Of a DNA stretch of 33,683 nt, positions 9,060 to 18,244 are shown piece after piece. The stretch's first letter is position 1; the number at the start of each line of letters is the position of its first letter. The translations under genes were made by a program, and so were the position numbers. The stretch comes from a virus (lineage: Duplodnaviria > Caudoviricetes): positions 1-33,683 of the IMG/VR virus record IMGVR_UViG_3300048882_000756; one strand, given 5' to 3'. The notes under the pieces were generated by a model, which saw nothing but the letters and a program-made list of their open reading frames with translations, was not told where the DNA came from and searched no databases.

Positions 9060-9336
9060 TGAGCTTTACCCTCCCAAGCTCTGCTCCACCAATAAGAGCC
9101 TCTGCGGCGCTCTCTGCAGCGCCGAGCAGGACAGAGGGTGTAACGCCTAGACCAACGGCCGCCTCCGTGATGGCCGATACGGGGGAGTCCGTTGACAGCC
9201 CTCGCCACCAGGCATAGCTTCGGTGGCCGCCGTCGACCAGGTAGGCCCGGTGGAACTCAGACATTGATGCGTAGCCTAAAGCGGCTACCCTTATCCTGAC
9301 CCGTCTTTCTATGGGGTCTAGCTCGACTGTTCTCAT
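9049..9336 (-). CDS. putative HTH (Cro/XRE-like) regulator
   Basis: AAGGAGG RBS; SMSEFHR...AITEAAVGLGVTPSVLL; first gene of the divergent operon. Confidence 0.45.
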   Translation of the reverse strand: MRTVELDPIERRVRIRVAALGYASMSEFHRAYLVDGGHRSYAWWRGLSTDSPVSAITEAAVGLGVTPSVLLGAAESAAEALIGGAELGRVKLNEG

Positions 9337-9461
9337 CTCGACCTCCTTCGTTGTAACAAAAACGGTACTACCAATTATCACAGAAAGAAATATATTTTAT
9401 TGGTATGGCTAAAAAAACTTCGCTCTGCTAACAATATAGCGACCAGTCTCGGGGGCACAAG

Positions 9462-10745
9462 ATGTCGATGGATCAGACGTATCAGGAGTTCGAGCGCCAG
9501 ATTTTGGGCATGGCGCTGCAGGGTGAGGACTTGACGCGGTTCGTCTCTCTCCCGCCTGATGCGTGGGGGGTTCAGGCACACAAGCAAATCCACGATGCTA
9601 TCTGTACGGTTTTTCTGGCGGGCGGTCGCGTAGACGAGGTCGAGGTCCTCAAGACGCTTGGCGTGAGCGGGGTGGCAGACGTCGGCCTAGAAGACCTCAT
9701 GGGCCTGACGCGGCACTGGGTTCCCACTGGCCAGCTCCCCATCCTTTGCGACCAACTGGCAGAGCAGGCCAGCCACCGACGAGTCATTAGCGCAGTCCAT
9801 AGCGCGGTCGGCCTTGCACAGGGCGCGGGTAGCGCCGTTGAGGCGAAGCAGTGCGCCATCGGCCGAATCCTCAGCCTTGAAGAGGTAAAGACTGAGGATC
9901 GGGTCTTCAAGATATCCCAATCTCTAGACGAGCTGCGGAAGCTGTCTCTTGACGCCTTCAACCGTACAGACGAGGAAAAGCGTCGTCCCCAAGGGATAAC
10001 CTCTGGCCTCCGCGCTCTCGACATGGTCCTGGGCGGGTTCCTCCACGGGGCCACATACATTCTCGGTGCAGCGACAGGGCGCGGCAAGAGCGTGCTCGGC
10101 CTGCAGTGGGCGATGGCGGCGGCCACGGACCGGAAGAGGGTCCTCTATGTCTCCCTCGAAATGTCTCATGTTGATCTGGTTAGACGTGCAGTCTCTGCCA
10201 AGTCTGGCGTCAACCCCAGCGACATTCAGAGCGGCACCCTTTCTTCGGGAGACCTGGAGCTTATGACGGACGCCTTCGCACAGCTACTTCGTCTCAACGA
10301 ATATCTTACTATCTATGATCAGCCAGCCCTAAGCCTATATCAGCTCGCCGCCACCGTTCGGCAGATGGCTCAAGGCGATGGGATAGACATGATGATCGTG
10401 GACTATCTGCAACTCCTTCGGACAGACCAGACGTACTCTCGGGAACGAGAGGTTGCGACGGTCTCAGCTGGCCTGGTCGCCATCGCAAGGACAAACAACA
10501 TACCCGTCATCGCCATCTCGCAACTCAATGAAGATGGGAGGATACGGGAGAGTCGGGCAGTAGAGCACGACGCCTCCGCCGTGATGAAGATAGACTACTC
10601 AGAGGGGGCATGGAAAGAGGGGTCTGGGCCCATAGAGTGCGATCTCGCCGTGATAAAACACCGACATGGCAGGACGGGGCGAGTACCCCTGACCTTTGAG
10701 CGGTCCAAGCAAAGGTTCGAGGAGCGTTTATACGGCTCGTTCTGA
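9462..10745 (+). CDS. dnaB: DnaB-like replicative helicase
   Basis: N-terminal ERQILG..HKQI; Walker A GAATGRGKS, SLEMS, IVDYLQL, ISQLN, KHRHG. Confidence 0.9.
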   Translation: MSMDQTYQEFERQILGMALQGEDLTRFVSLPPDAWGVQAHKQIHDAICTVFLAGGRVDEVEVLKTLGVSGVADVGLEDLMGLTRHWVPTGQLPILCDQLAEQASHRRVISAVHSAVGLAQGAGSAVEAKQCAIGRILSLEEVKTEDRVFKISQSLDELRKLSLDAFNRTDEEKRRPQGITSGLRALDMVLGGFLHGATYILGAATGRGKSVLGLQWAMAAATDRKRVLYVSLEMSHVDLVRRAVSAKSGVNPSDIQSGTLSSGDLELMTDAFAQLLRLNEYLTIYDQPALSLYQLAATVRQMAQGDGIDMMIVDYLQLLRTDQTYSREREVATVSAGLVAIARTNNIPVIAISQLNEDGRIRESRAVEHDASAVMKIDYSEGAWKEGSGPIECDLAVIKHRHGRTGRVPLTFERSKQRFEERLYGSF

Positions 10746-10831
10746 GTCCGTGTGGCCAAAATAAGGCGAGAAACTCGATAATCGGCTAATCTTTTGGTGG
10801 GCACACACACAGAACTGACAGAGGAGCGGGC

Positions 10832-11914
10832 ATGTCACCACCATGGCTAGCCTCCGAGCTGGTATCCAGCTGCGGAGCCGAAATCACGAAATGGCAAGTC
10901 GAGGGGATGGGGCGACGTAAGATCGCCCAGCTCATCGAGGATAAAACGAGGCGTCGATGTACGGAGCATGCGGTGCGTGCAGCGATTACCCTGTTATCGT
11001 CACAGATTAGACCACAGAATGCCGCCCCGAGAATCCAGATAGTAGACGCGAGCGAGCCTATTGACGAGATACCAATCGAAGACCTGATCCAGCGTAGAGT
11101 GGAGGCGGCACTCCGAAAGAGAAGCAAGGCCGGAATCCACACAAAGACACTCGTACTCCCTGTCGAGCCGACCGGTATCATGATCTTTGGCGACCCACAT
11201 GTGGACAACGAGGGGTGCGACTGGGGCTCGCTTCGATCTCATGTCGAGCTTGCCGCGAGCACGGAAGGCGTCCTCGCCAGCTGCGTGGGCGACATGTCTG
11301 ATAATTGGGTTGGGAGGCTGGCCCGCATTTATTCAGAAGCCTCGATTACTGCGGAGAACGGGTGGAGGCTGTCGGAGTGGATGTTTCAGCAGCTGGATTG
11401 GATCGCTGTCGTTGGCGGTAACCACGACGCATGGGCCAACGGCCCAGGCGTGGACCCAATGGCGTGGCTGTCAAAGCAGACGCGGGTTATGTGCTATGCG
11501 CCTGACGAGATCAGGATAACGCTGACGTGGAAGGATGAGCCAGAGCTAGAGCCCATCACTTGGATACTCCGACACGACTTCGGCGGTAGGTCGTGGTACC
11601 ACCCGACACACGGCCCGAATAAAGAAGCCATGCTGGACGGGCGTTGTAACTTACTGACCGCTGGGCATATCCACCAGTGGGGCCAGCTCACGACGGAACA
11701 GAGGCATGGCCGAATCACGCACGCCCTCAGAGTTCGAGGGTACAAGCGGAGCGACACCTATGCTCGAACCAGGGGCTTCTATGAGCAGGAGTACGGTGAA
11801 AGCGTCCTCGTCATCATCGACCCCAGGGCTTCTGGGCCTGGACGAATAACCGTCCACTGGGATCTCCACAAGGGGTGTGACCACCTCACGTGGCTTAGAT
11901 CACGCGCAGCGTAG
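10832..11914 (+). CDS. calcineurin-like metallophosphoesterase with N-terminal HTH-like region
   Basis: GDPH, GDMSDN, GNHD, RH and GHIH motifs; N-terminal GMGRRKIAQLI. Confidence 0.8.
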   Translation: MSPPWLASELVSSCGAEITKWQVEGMGRRKIAQLIEDKTRRRCTEHAVRAAITLLSSQIRPQNAAPRIQIVDASEPIDEIPIEDLIQRRVEAALRKRSKAGIHTKTLVLPVEPTGIMIFGDPHVDNEGCDWGSLRSHVELAASTEGVLASCVGDMSDNWVGRLARIYSEASITAENGWRLSEWMFQQLDWIAVVGGNHDAWANGPGVDPMAWLSKQTRVMCYAPDEIRITLTWKDEPELEPITWILRHDFGGRSWYHPTHGPNKEAMLDGRCNLLTAGHIHQWGQLTTEQRHGRITHALRVRGYKRSDTYARTRGFYEQEYGESVLVIIDPRASGPGRITVHWDLHKGCDHLTWLRSRAA

Positions 11915-11943
11915 TTGACGGCTCCTCAGTTACGGCCTACCCT
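11915..11943 (+). promoter_or_regulatory. candidate promoter giving a leaderless terS transcript
   Basis: TTGACG-17nt-TACCCT ends 6 nt before ATG 11950; no SD sequence. Confidence 0.4.
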
Positions 11944-11949
11944 TGTGTC

Positions 11950-12456
11950 ATGGAAGACACTACAGACACTACAGACATCGCAGTAAAGAAGAAGAAGAAG
12001 CGAAAGCGGGCACCGCGTGGCCACACCGCAGAAGTGGAGTACCGTATCGACATGGCCGAGCAGTTGCTGTTGCAGGGCCTCACCCACAACCAGTCCCAAA
12101 AGGTCCTCAAGGAACAGTTCAACGTATGCAGGCGAACGTCTGCTCGATACGTAAGCGCCGCCTACGCCCGCTGGAAAGAGGCCGCAGCCGTGGAGAACAA
12201 TCGCTCCGTCAACGAGCGGCGCAAGGAACACGAGTGGATGATCAGGCGCATCGTGACCAAGGCGGGGAAGGAGAACCGGCTCGACCTACAGCTCAAGGCG
12301 GTAGACATGCTCATGCGGCTATACGGCACCCCTACAAACTCCAGGCTTGAAGTGACGGGACGGGACGGCGGCCCCATCCAGTATGCCCAGATGACAACCG
12401 AGGAGCTGGAGAGGTTAATCCTGGATGCAGACGTTACAATCGAAGCTCTCACCTGA
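11950..12456 (+). CDS. terS: putative terminase small subunit
   Basis: Directly upstream of terL; HTH-like N-terminus; C-terminal LEVTGRDGGPI...MTTEELERL. Confidence 0.7.
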   Translation: MEDTTDTTDIAVKKKKKRKRAPRGHTAEVEYRIDMAEQLLLQGLTHNQSQKVLKEQFNVCRRTSARYVSAAYARWKEAAAVENNRSVNERRKEHEWMIRRIVTKAGKENRLDLQLKAVDMLMRLYGTPTNSRLEVTGRDGGPIQYAQMTTEELERLILDADVTIEALT

Positions 12457-13867
12457 CAAGATAGCGGCAGTTCACGAGCTGGCTCGTCGAAGACTTTCAG
12501 AATCATTACACGCCTTTATGAAGGCTGCCTGGAAAGAGGTGGAGCCAGAGACTGAGTTCGTCGATGGCTGGCATCTAGAGTGTATCTGTGAGCACCTGGA
12601 GGCGGTAACGAAGGGCCACCTACGGAACCTGGTCATCAACATGCCGCCAAGGCACTGCAAGAGCCTTTTATGCGGCACCTTCTGGCCAGCCTGGGTCTGG
12701 GCAAGAACCCCAAGCAAGAAATGGCTGTGTTCTTCCTATTCATTCGGGCTCGCTGTAAGAGACAGTCTCCGCATGAGGCGGCTAGTGGAGGGACGATGGT
12801 ACCGGGCAAGATTTGATGACTTCCGCCTACGGGCCGACCAGAATCAGAAAGGAAGATTCGAGAACGAGAGCGGGGGCTACCGCATAGCAACAACAGTTCT
12901 CGGAGCAGCAACAGGGGAGGGGGGAGACTACATCGTGGTCGACGACGCCCACAAAGTTTTGGAGGCGCAGTCAGACCGAGCAAGGAACGCCGTCATTGAG
13001 TGGTGGGATCAGACTATGAGCACTCGTGGGAACGATCCCAAGACTGTAGCCAGGGTCGTGGTCGGCCAGCGCGTTCACGAGGACGACCTCTGCGGCCACC
13101 TTCGAGAGCGTGGAGACTACGAGCACCTCATCTTGCCCGCAGAATGGGACGGTCAGATTAGGAAGACTTCTATCGGGTGGCGGGACCCCAGGTCCGAGCA
13201 GGGCGACCTCCTCTGGGAGGCCCGGTTTGGAAGGCCGGAAATCGACGAGATAAAGAGGGCCCTCGGTAGCTTTGCCTCAGCGGCACAGTTGCAGCAGGCC
13301 CCGACACCGCAAGAGGGCGGGATGATAAAGGGTGGATGGTTCCACTACTACGACGTGGTGCCGAGGTGCACGCGGGTCATTCAATCGTGGGACACTGCGT
13401 TCAAGGCAGGGGTCGGGTCATATGTTTGTGGACAGGCTTGGGGGATCCATCAAGGGAACTACTATTTGCTGGACCAGGAGCGCGGCCGGTGGGGATTTAC
13501 GGACACCCTTCGCGCCATAGAGAGGATGTGCTCAAGGCATCCAGACTGCATTGAGGTGCTCGTGGAAGACGCGGCGAACGGCCCAGCCATTATCGATTCC
13601 CTCCGTGGCCGAGTAAATGGGATTATCCCCATCAGGCCAGACGGCTCAAAGCAGGCAAGGCTCTCGGCGGTGAGCCCGCTTTTCGAGAGCGGACAGGTCT
13701 TCATCCCACGCAACGCCCCGTGGCTCATCGACTACGAGATAGAGATGACGCAGTTCCCGATGGCTAAACATGATGACCAGGTCGACGCTACAAGCATGGC
13801 CCTTCGCCGCCTCTCAAGGGGCGGCGGGATGAGCATCCTCTTCCCGCGACGAAAGATTATCCGCTAA
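12425..13867 (+). CDS. terL: terminase large subunit
   Basis: INMPPRHCKS (Walker A), IVVDDAH (Walker B), QRVHEDDL, SWDTA, VEDAANG, HDDQVDA. Confidence 0.93.
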   Translation: MQTLQSKLSPDKIAAVHELARRRLSESLHAFMKAAWKEVEPETEFVDGWHLECICEHLEAVTKGHLRNLVINMPPRHCKSLLCGTFWPAWVWARTPSKKWLCSSYSFGLAVRDSLRMRRLVEGRWYRARFDDFRLRADQNQKGRFENESGGYRIATTVLGAATGEGGDYIVVDDAHKVLEAQSDRARNAVIEWWDQTMSTRGNDPKTVARVVVGQRVHEDDLCGHLRERGDYEHLILPAEWDGQIRKTSIGWRDPRSEQGDLLWEARFGRPEIDEIKRALGSFASAAQLQQAPTPQEGGMIKGGWFHYYDVVPRCTRVIQSWDTAFKAGVGSYVCGQAWGIHQGNYYLLDQERGRWGFTDTLRAIERMCSRHPDCIEVLVEDAANGPAIIDSLRGRVNGIIPIRPDGSKQARLSAVSPLFESGQVFIPRNAPWLIDYEIEMTQFPMAKHDDQVDATSMALRRLSRGGGMSILFPRRKIIR

Positions 13868-13977
13868 ATCTCTGGACGTAAGCTGTCTGGCTGGCTCGCC
13901 ATGGGCCAGTGGGTGGCCATGGGCGTGCTGCGAGTGTATATTGGGCATATACCTGATCCGGCACACCGGGGAGACCA

Positions 13978-15525
13978 ATGCCAGAGCAAAAAACCTCAGA
14001 TTCTCCGCTAGCTAGACGAATCTCAGACAAGGTGATGCGACTTTTTCGGGGGTCTCCCGAGATAATCGCAGCAGAGTATGGGGGGCGTCGTGACATTGCT
14101 TGGTCTAAGACCACCGCTGGCGACACCCAGGCCGAGCGCAAGGCACGTCGTGCGAGGGGCCGTCTCCGCAACACGGCGCAGCCCAGCTTCGATCTTTCGA
14201 GGCGGAAAAGGTACAGCGACTATAGAGAGATGCTCGACGAGGTCCCGGAGCTGGCGACCGCCCTCCAGGTGCTAACCGACTTTGTTTTCGGTGGCGGCTC
14301 TGATTCGGTGAGGCTGGAGTTTTCAGACGAGGCAACCAGCGGCAGCCGCGACATCATGAAATCTGCATGGCGAGACATTGGGGGAAGCGCGTTTTTCGTT
14401 GAGGCGTTCAGAGAGGGGACATGTCTCGGGGATTCCTTCACCGAGCTTATCTACTCGAAGGCGGGCCTTATTGCAGAGCGGCCCCTCGATGCCGCATTGA
14501 CAGAGGTCAAGACTAACAGCTTCTCCCAGGTGGAGTCGTTCTGCGTCTTGCCTCCTGGAGGCTCAGCCTCGCAGGGGCGTGGCTCAGGGTTCTCACTAAC
14601 GCCCCTCCAGGTTCTCCATTATGCGCCAGACAAGCAGCGTGGCCACAGATACGGAAGGTCCATGTGGTCGAGCGCCAGAAAGCTCTGGCGACAATCCGAG
14701 GCTACAGAAGACGTGATGTCTCTTCTCTCTATCCTGCAGGCTTCGGCCAGGAAGAGTGTTGCGTACCCGCTTCCCTCCAACATTCGGCCAGACCAGGTCG
14801 ATGAGTTCCTCAGCTCCCTAAAGGGGGAGTCCTGGTCCTCCCAGGTGTTCGACAGGGACGGCAAGATGCGGCGCAGGATCACGTCTCTCCTCGCCATGGA
14901 CGATCTCGTGTATCCATACCGGGAGGGAAGCGAGCCTCCGACATTTCACAACGAGCCGCCCGCTGACCTTACGCAGCTCACCGAGGTGCTGAGATATCTG
15001 CAGGAGCGATACTTCATCGCTGCTGGTGTTCCTGCGGCCCTCTGCGGGTACGAAAGAAACGTGAACTCCAGGGCCACCCTTGAGCAGCAGGGCCTGCAGT
15101 TTGTTCGGACGGTCCAGCGAAAGCAGCAGGAGGTGGCCCAGATGGTAACCTCTGTGATGCTGCGCGCTCAGGCTGCGGCCGGTCTACACCCGAAGATGGA
15201 CTTTACTGTGTCGATGCCTTCAGTCTCGACGTTCGATGAGAAGCTCCGAGCCGAAGTAAACCGCATCAACGCAGAGACCGCGAAGATCCTCGGTGTCGAT
15301 GTGGGAATCAATATGAGGTACGTCTTATCGGACACGCTTGGCCTGAGCGACGACGAAGTGAACATGGTGCTCGAATCCGCAGAGCTGGCCAGGCTGAGCC
15401 GGGAGCCAGCAGACATTGAGACCACAACCAGGCTGCTCGGGGAACACGTCATTGGCGATGTGGTGGAATCGATTGCAGACCTGGTGTCATCGGGCCGTAA
15501 AAATGCCTATGGCCTCCTTCCATGA
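13978..15525 (+). CDS. portal protein
   Basis: 515 aa, follows terL; YSDYREM..VPELATAL, YGRSMW.ARK.W, AAGVPAALCG. Confidence 0.8.
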   Translation: MPEQKTSDSPLARRISDKVMRLFRGSPEIIAAEYGGRRDIAWSKTTAGDTQAERKARRARGRLRNTAQPSFDLSRRKRYSDYREMLDEVPELATALQVLTDFVFGGGSDSVRLEFSDEATSGSRDIMKSAWRDIGGSAFFVEAFREGTCLGDSFTELIYSKAGLIAERPLDAALTEVKTNSFSQVESFCVLPPGGSASQGRGSGFSLTPLQVLHYAPDKQRGHRYGRSMWSSARKLWRQSEATEDVMSLLSILQASARKSVAYPLPSNIRPDQVDEFLSSLKGESWSSQVFDRDGKMRRRITSLLAMDDLVYPYREGSEPPTFHNEPPADLTQLTEVLRYLQERYFIAAGVPAALCGYERNVNSRATLEQQGLQFVRTVQRKQQEVAQMVTSVMLRAQAAAGLHPKMDFTVSMPSVSTFDEKLRAEVNRINAETAKILGVDVGINMRYVLSDTLGLSDDEVNMVLESAELARLSREPADIETTTRLLGEHVIGDVVESIADLVSSGRKNAYGLLP

Positions 15526-17099
15526 CGCCCGCCGCACGAAAACGGGCGGCTACAGAGATCAGACGACTTGCAGCCCGAATATCTGAGGGCGTCCCTCTCT
15601 TCGAGACAACGCGAAACGCTCCGAGGAAAATAGCCTCGGCCTCCGATTCCTTCAAGAGAGAATGGTTCAAGGCGCTTCAGGAGTTTGACGACGTACAGAG
15701 GGCGTCTTCATCGATGTCTCCCAGCGCTCGTGCTGCGCGCCTCAGCGCGGCGAGAACAAAGCTAGAAGACAGCTGGAGGGCAACCATCCGTCGTGGGTAT
15801 GAGCGCTCGTTTAGATTGGGATACGGGGCAAGGGGAAGGGCAGGCGCGACACGCCTCACCACACTGCAGATTGCTCAGCTAGATCCATCCTTCGAGAGCA
15901 TGGTGAGGTCCCAGGCAGAGTACGCTGCACGCTTTGCGAGAGAGTATGCGTCTGGTGCACTCCAGGCGCGAGGAAGGATGGGGGTGGGCCCACGCTCTAC
16001 GATGTACGCGAACTCCCTCAAGGCTGGATTCGGGGCTGGCGCTGTGGCTGGTGGGACGAGGGGGGAAAGAATCGACTGGAAGCTCGGGGCCTGTGACCAT
16101 TGCCCAGACTGCCCGCTACTGGCGGCCAGCGGGCCGTTCACCAAAAACACGCTTCCGACATACCCCGGCGCAGGTAAAACGGTCTGTGCTACCAACTGTT
16201 GTTGCCACCTGGTCTTTCGACCAGGCCCGAGGACGGCGGCCGATGTAGATGCGCCCCCTGGGGCAGTGTCGGCCTTCATCGATCCATCAATGCAGTTCCC
16301 GTCTGGATATGAGCTGGCGACTGCGGAAGACGTGGCCTTTCTCCGGGACCTTGAGCTTCGTAGGAACTTCGCAAGGCGCAAGATAGCGGAGCTTCCACCC
16401 GGAAGGGACAGGGACAAGTGGATGGGTGTCCGTAGTGAGCTTCAGGGCACGATGAATGACTACCGTCGAGACAGGGGGATCCGTTGGACGCCGCGATTTA
16501 GTGTCGGTGACGCACTGACCAGCACCGACATCGCCCTGAAAGACGTGGAGGACATCTTCCTGCGCGGCCTCGACGGTTCAACCATCTCACGGGCAGACCT
16601 AAAGCTCGTCAACGATCTGGTAAGACAGTCGAACGACGCTCTGATGGGAGCACTGGGGAGGATGGGGATACCCCCCGCAAGCCCCGCCGTCCCGACAGGT
16701 GCGGCCGTGTTGAAAATCAAGACCCAGGCTGCCGACCCAGACGACGGAGCCGAAGACGACTTTGCCTCCACCCTCAAGGTGGACGAGTCAGCAAGGAGGA
16801 GGGAGTCTAAGTCCGCAGCCCTTCTCGAAGATGAAAGGCACCCGACAGCCGCCCCGAGGTGGACTGTGAACCTTGTGGGAATGGGGCTCTTAGCCTCGTT
16901 CGCGGTTCACCTTGCCCTCCTCAAGACCTTGCGCGGTCCAGGGGCCCCCTACTTCGTAGAGCTAGCCCCACTTGATGTTGACTGGCCCCTTATCGTGTCG
17001 GCCTCTGGAAGCTGGGTTCGGGGCGACGGTGGAGAGGTGAGGAGGCTATTGGAAGACGCGGGGATCGAATACATGGCGGCCCCATGGGTGGGCCCATGA
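15522..17099 (+). CDS. MuF/SPP1 gp7-like head morphogenesis protein with long C-terminal extension
   Basis: Follows portal; W.LGACDHCPDC...PGAGKTVCATNCCCHL Cys cluster. Confidence 0.6.
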   Translation: MTPAARKRAATEIRRLAARISEGVPLFETTRNAPRKIASASDSFKREWFKALQEFDDVQRASSSMSPSARAARLSAARTKLEDSWRATIRRGYERSFRLGYGARGRAGATRLTTLQIAQLDPSFESMVRSQAEYAARFAREYASGALQARGRMGVGPRSTMYANSLKAGFGAGAVAGGTRGERIDWKLGACDHCPDCPLLAASGPFTKNTLPTYPGAGKTVCATNCCCHLVFRPGPRTAADVDAPPGAVSAFIDPSMQFPSGYELATAEDVAFLRDLELRRNFARRKIAELPPGRDRDKWMGVRSELQGTMNDYRRDRGIRWTPRFSVGDALTSTDIALKDVEDIFLRGLDGSTISRADLKLVNDLVRQSNDALMGALGRMGIPPASPAVPTGAAVLKIKTQAADPDDGAEDDFASTLKVDESARRRESKSAALLEDERHPTAAPRWTVNLVGMGLLASFAVHLALLKTLRGPGAPYFVELAPLDVDWPLIVSASGSWVRGDGGEVRRLLEDAGIEYMAAPWVGP

Positions 17100-17422
17100 T
17101 CCGACTTATTCTTTGGCTGTCAGGCTGGAGGGTGTTCACGCACAGGGGCGTCCGCATCTGCCAGAGAGACATGCTGATTGACCAGTCTGCTGTGTCGGCT
17201 GCAATAGAGGCCACAGAGGGCAAGTATTCATGGTGCAAGCCTTCACGGGTCACCATCTACATCGAGCGGGGGCCGTTCGTTGGATACTATGGGGCGTCGG
17301 CCACTGGCGAGGTGTGCAGATACGAGAGGTTCGGTCGACGTGCCACTGTCAGAATCTCTTCCACGAGGCTGTACTTCGAGGCGCTGTCATCCCTCTTGAA
17401 GGAGCTGGGTCGTGACGATTAA
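17096..17422 (+). CDS. hypothetical protein
   Basis: ATGA overlap with the upstream gene. Confidence 0.5.
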   Translation: MIRLILWLSGWRVFTHRGVRICQRDMLIDQSAVSAAIEATEGKYSWCKPSRVTIYIERGPFVGYYGASATGEVCRYERFGRRATVRISSTRLYFEALSSLLKELGRDD

Positions 17423-17810
17423 GGGAGATATAGAGCGAGACGTCCGAACGAGGCAGCGTGGCGTGCGCCTGAAGAAAGGTGACCAGTTCTGGCGAGGGCT
17501 TGACTTGGTTACGGTCGATAGCGTCACGGCAAAGGAGGTCGTGTTTACGGTCATGAGTACGGGGCGCAAGGAGAAGGTCGAGAGGCGAGACTTTGTGAGC
17601 CGTGCGGTCACGAGGGTGCCAGAGCCAACGGGTCAGGCCGCGCCGCTATTGGATAGGGCGTGGGCAATTGTGGGCACAAAGTCCCTGCCGAGAAGCTACA
17701 GGATAACGCTCGGAAGAAAGATGATGAAGCTGGCAAGCGAGCCAGCAGAGAAGCAGAAGATCCAGTCATGGGTATACGCCCTTCGCATGGACCGGGAGCC
17801 GAAAAGATGA
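17412..17810 (+). CDS. hypothetical basic protein
   Basis: AAGGAG RBS, GTG start, coupled to the next gene. Confidence 0.55.
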   Translation: MTIKGDIERDVRTRQRGVRLKKGDQFWRGLDLVTVDSVTAKEVVFTVMSTGRKEKVERRDFVSRAVTRVPEPTGQAAPLLDRAWAIVGTKSLPRSYRITLGRKMMKLASEPAEKQKIQSWVYALRMDREPKR

Positions 17811-18244
17811 GTAGCCCAAAGACGCAGAAAGACATCACCGGCCGCCGAGGGGCGGCACTTTCGGCAGAGGCTGGCTCTGTCCGCGCCGGCTTCATAAACC
17901 GCAAGCCCAAGTCAGGGTTCGGGGAAGAGTACGCGCAGAAGCAGCTGTCCAAGCAGTATCTTGTTAAGGGTCGCCTCTGCGGCGGCGGCAGGGTCTGGGA
18001 CGTTTTCGAGCTTGATGGTTTTGCTGAGCCCAAGGTCGTGGGTTGCGACTTCGCGTGGCAAGAGGAGGCAATCGCGTATGCCAGAGACAAGTCTCTTGGC
18101 AGGATGTGTGTGAGCTTCGGTGGTTTGAGGGGTGTCTTTCGGAGGGGCTCAGGGGGCGTATTGTCTACGGACACGACCATAGAGCTTCCCGGCAAGGCGT
18201 CGGTTCCCGTTAAGAGCACGCGGCAAGGGGTGATTGTGGGATGA
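17807..18244 (+). CDS. hypothetical protein
   Basis: ATGA overlaps at both ends. Confidence 0.55.
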   Translation: MSSPKTQKDITGRRGAALSAEAGSVRAGFINRKPKSGFGEEYAQKQLSKQYLVKGRLCGGGRVWDVFELDGFAEPKVVGCDFAWQEEAIAYARDKSLGRMCVSFGGLRGVFRRGSGGVLSTDTTIELPGKASVPVKSTRQGVIVG

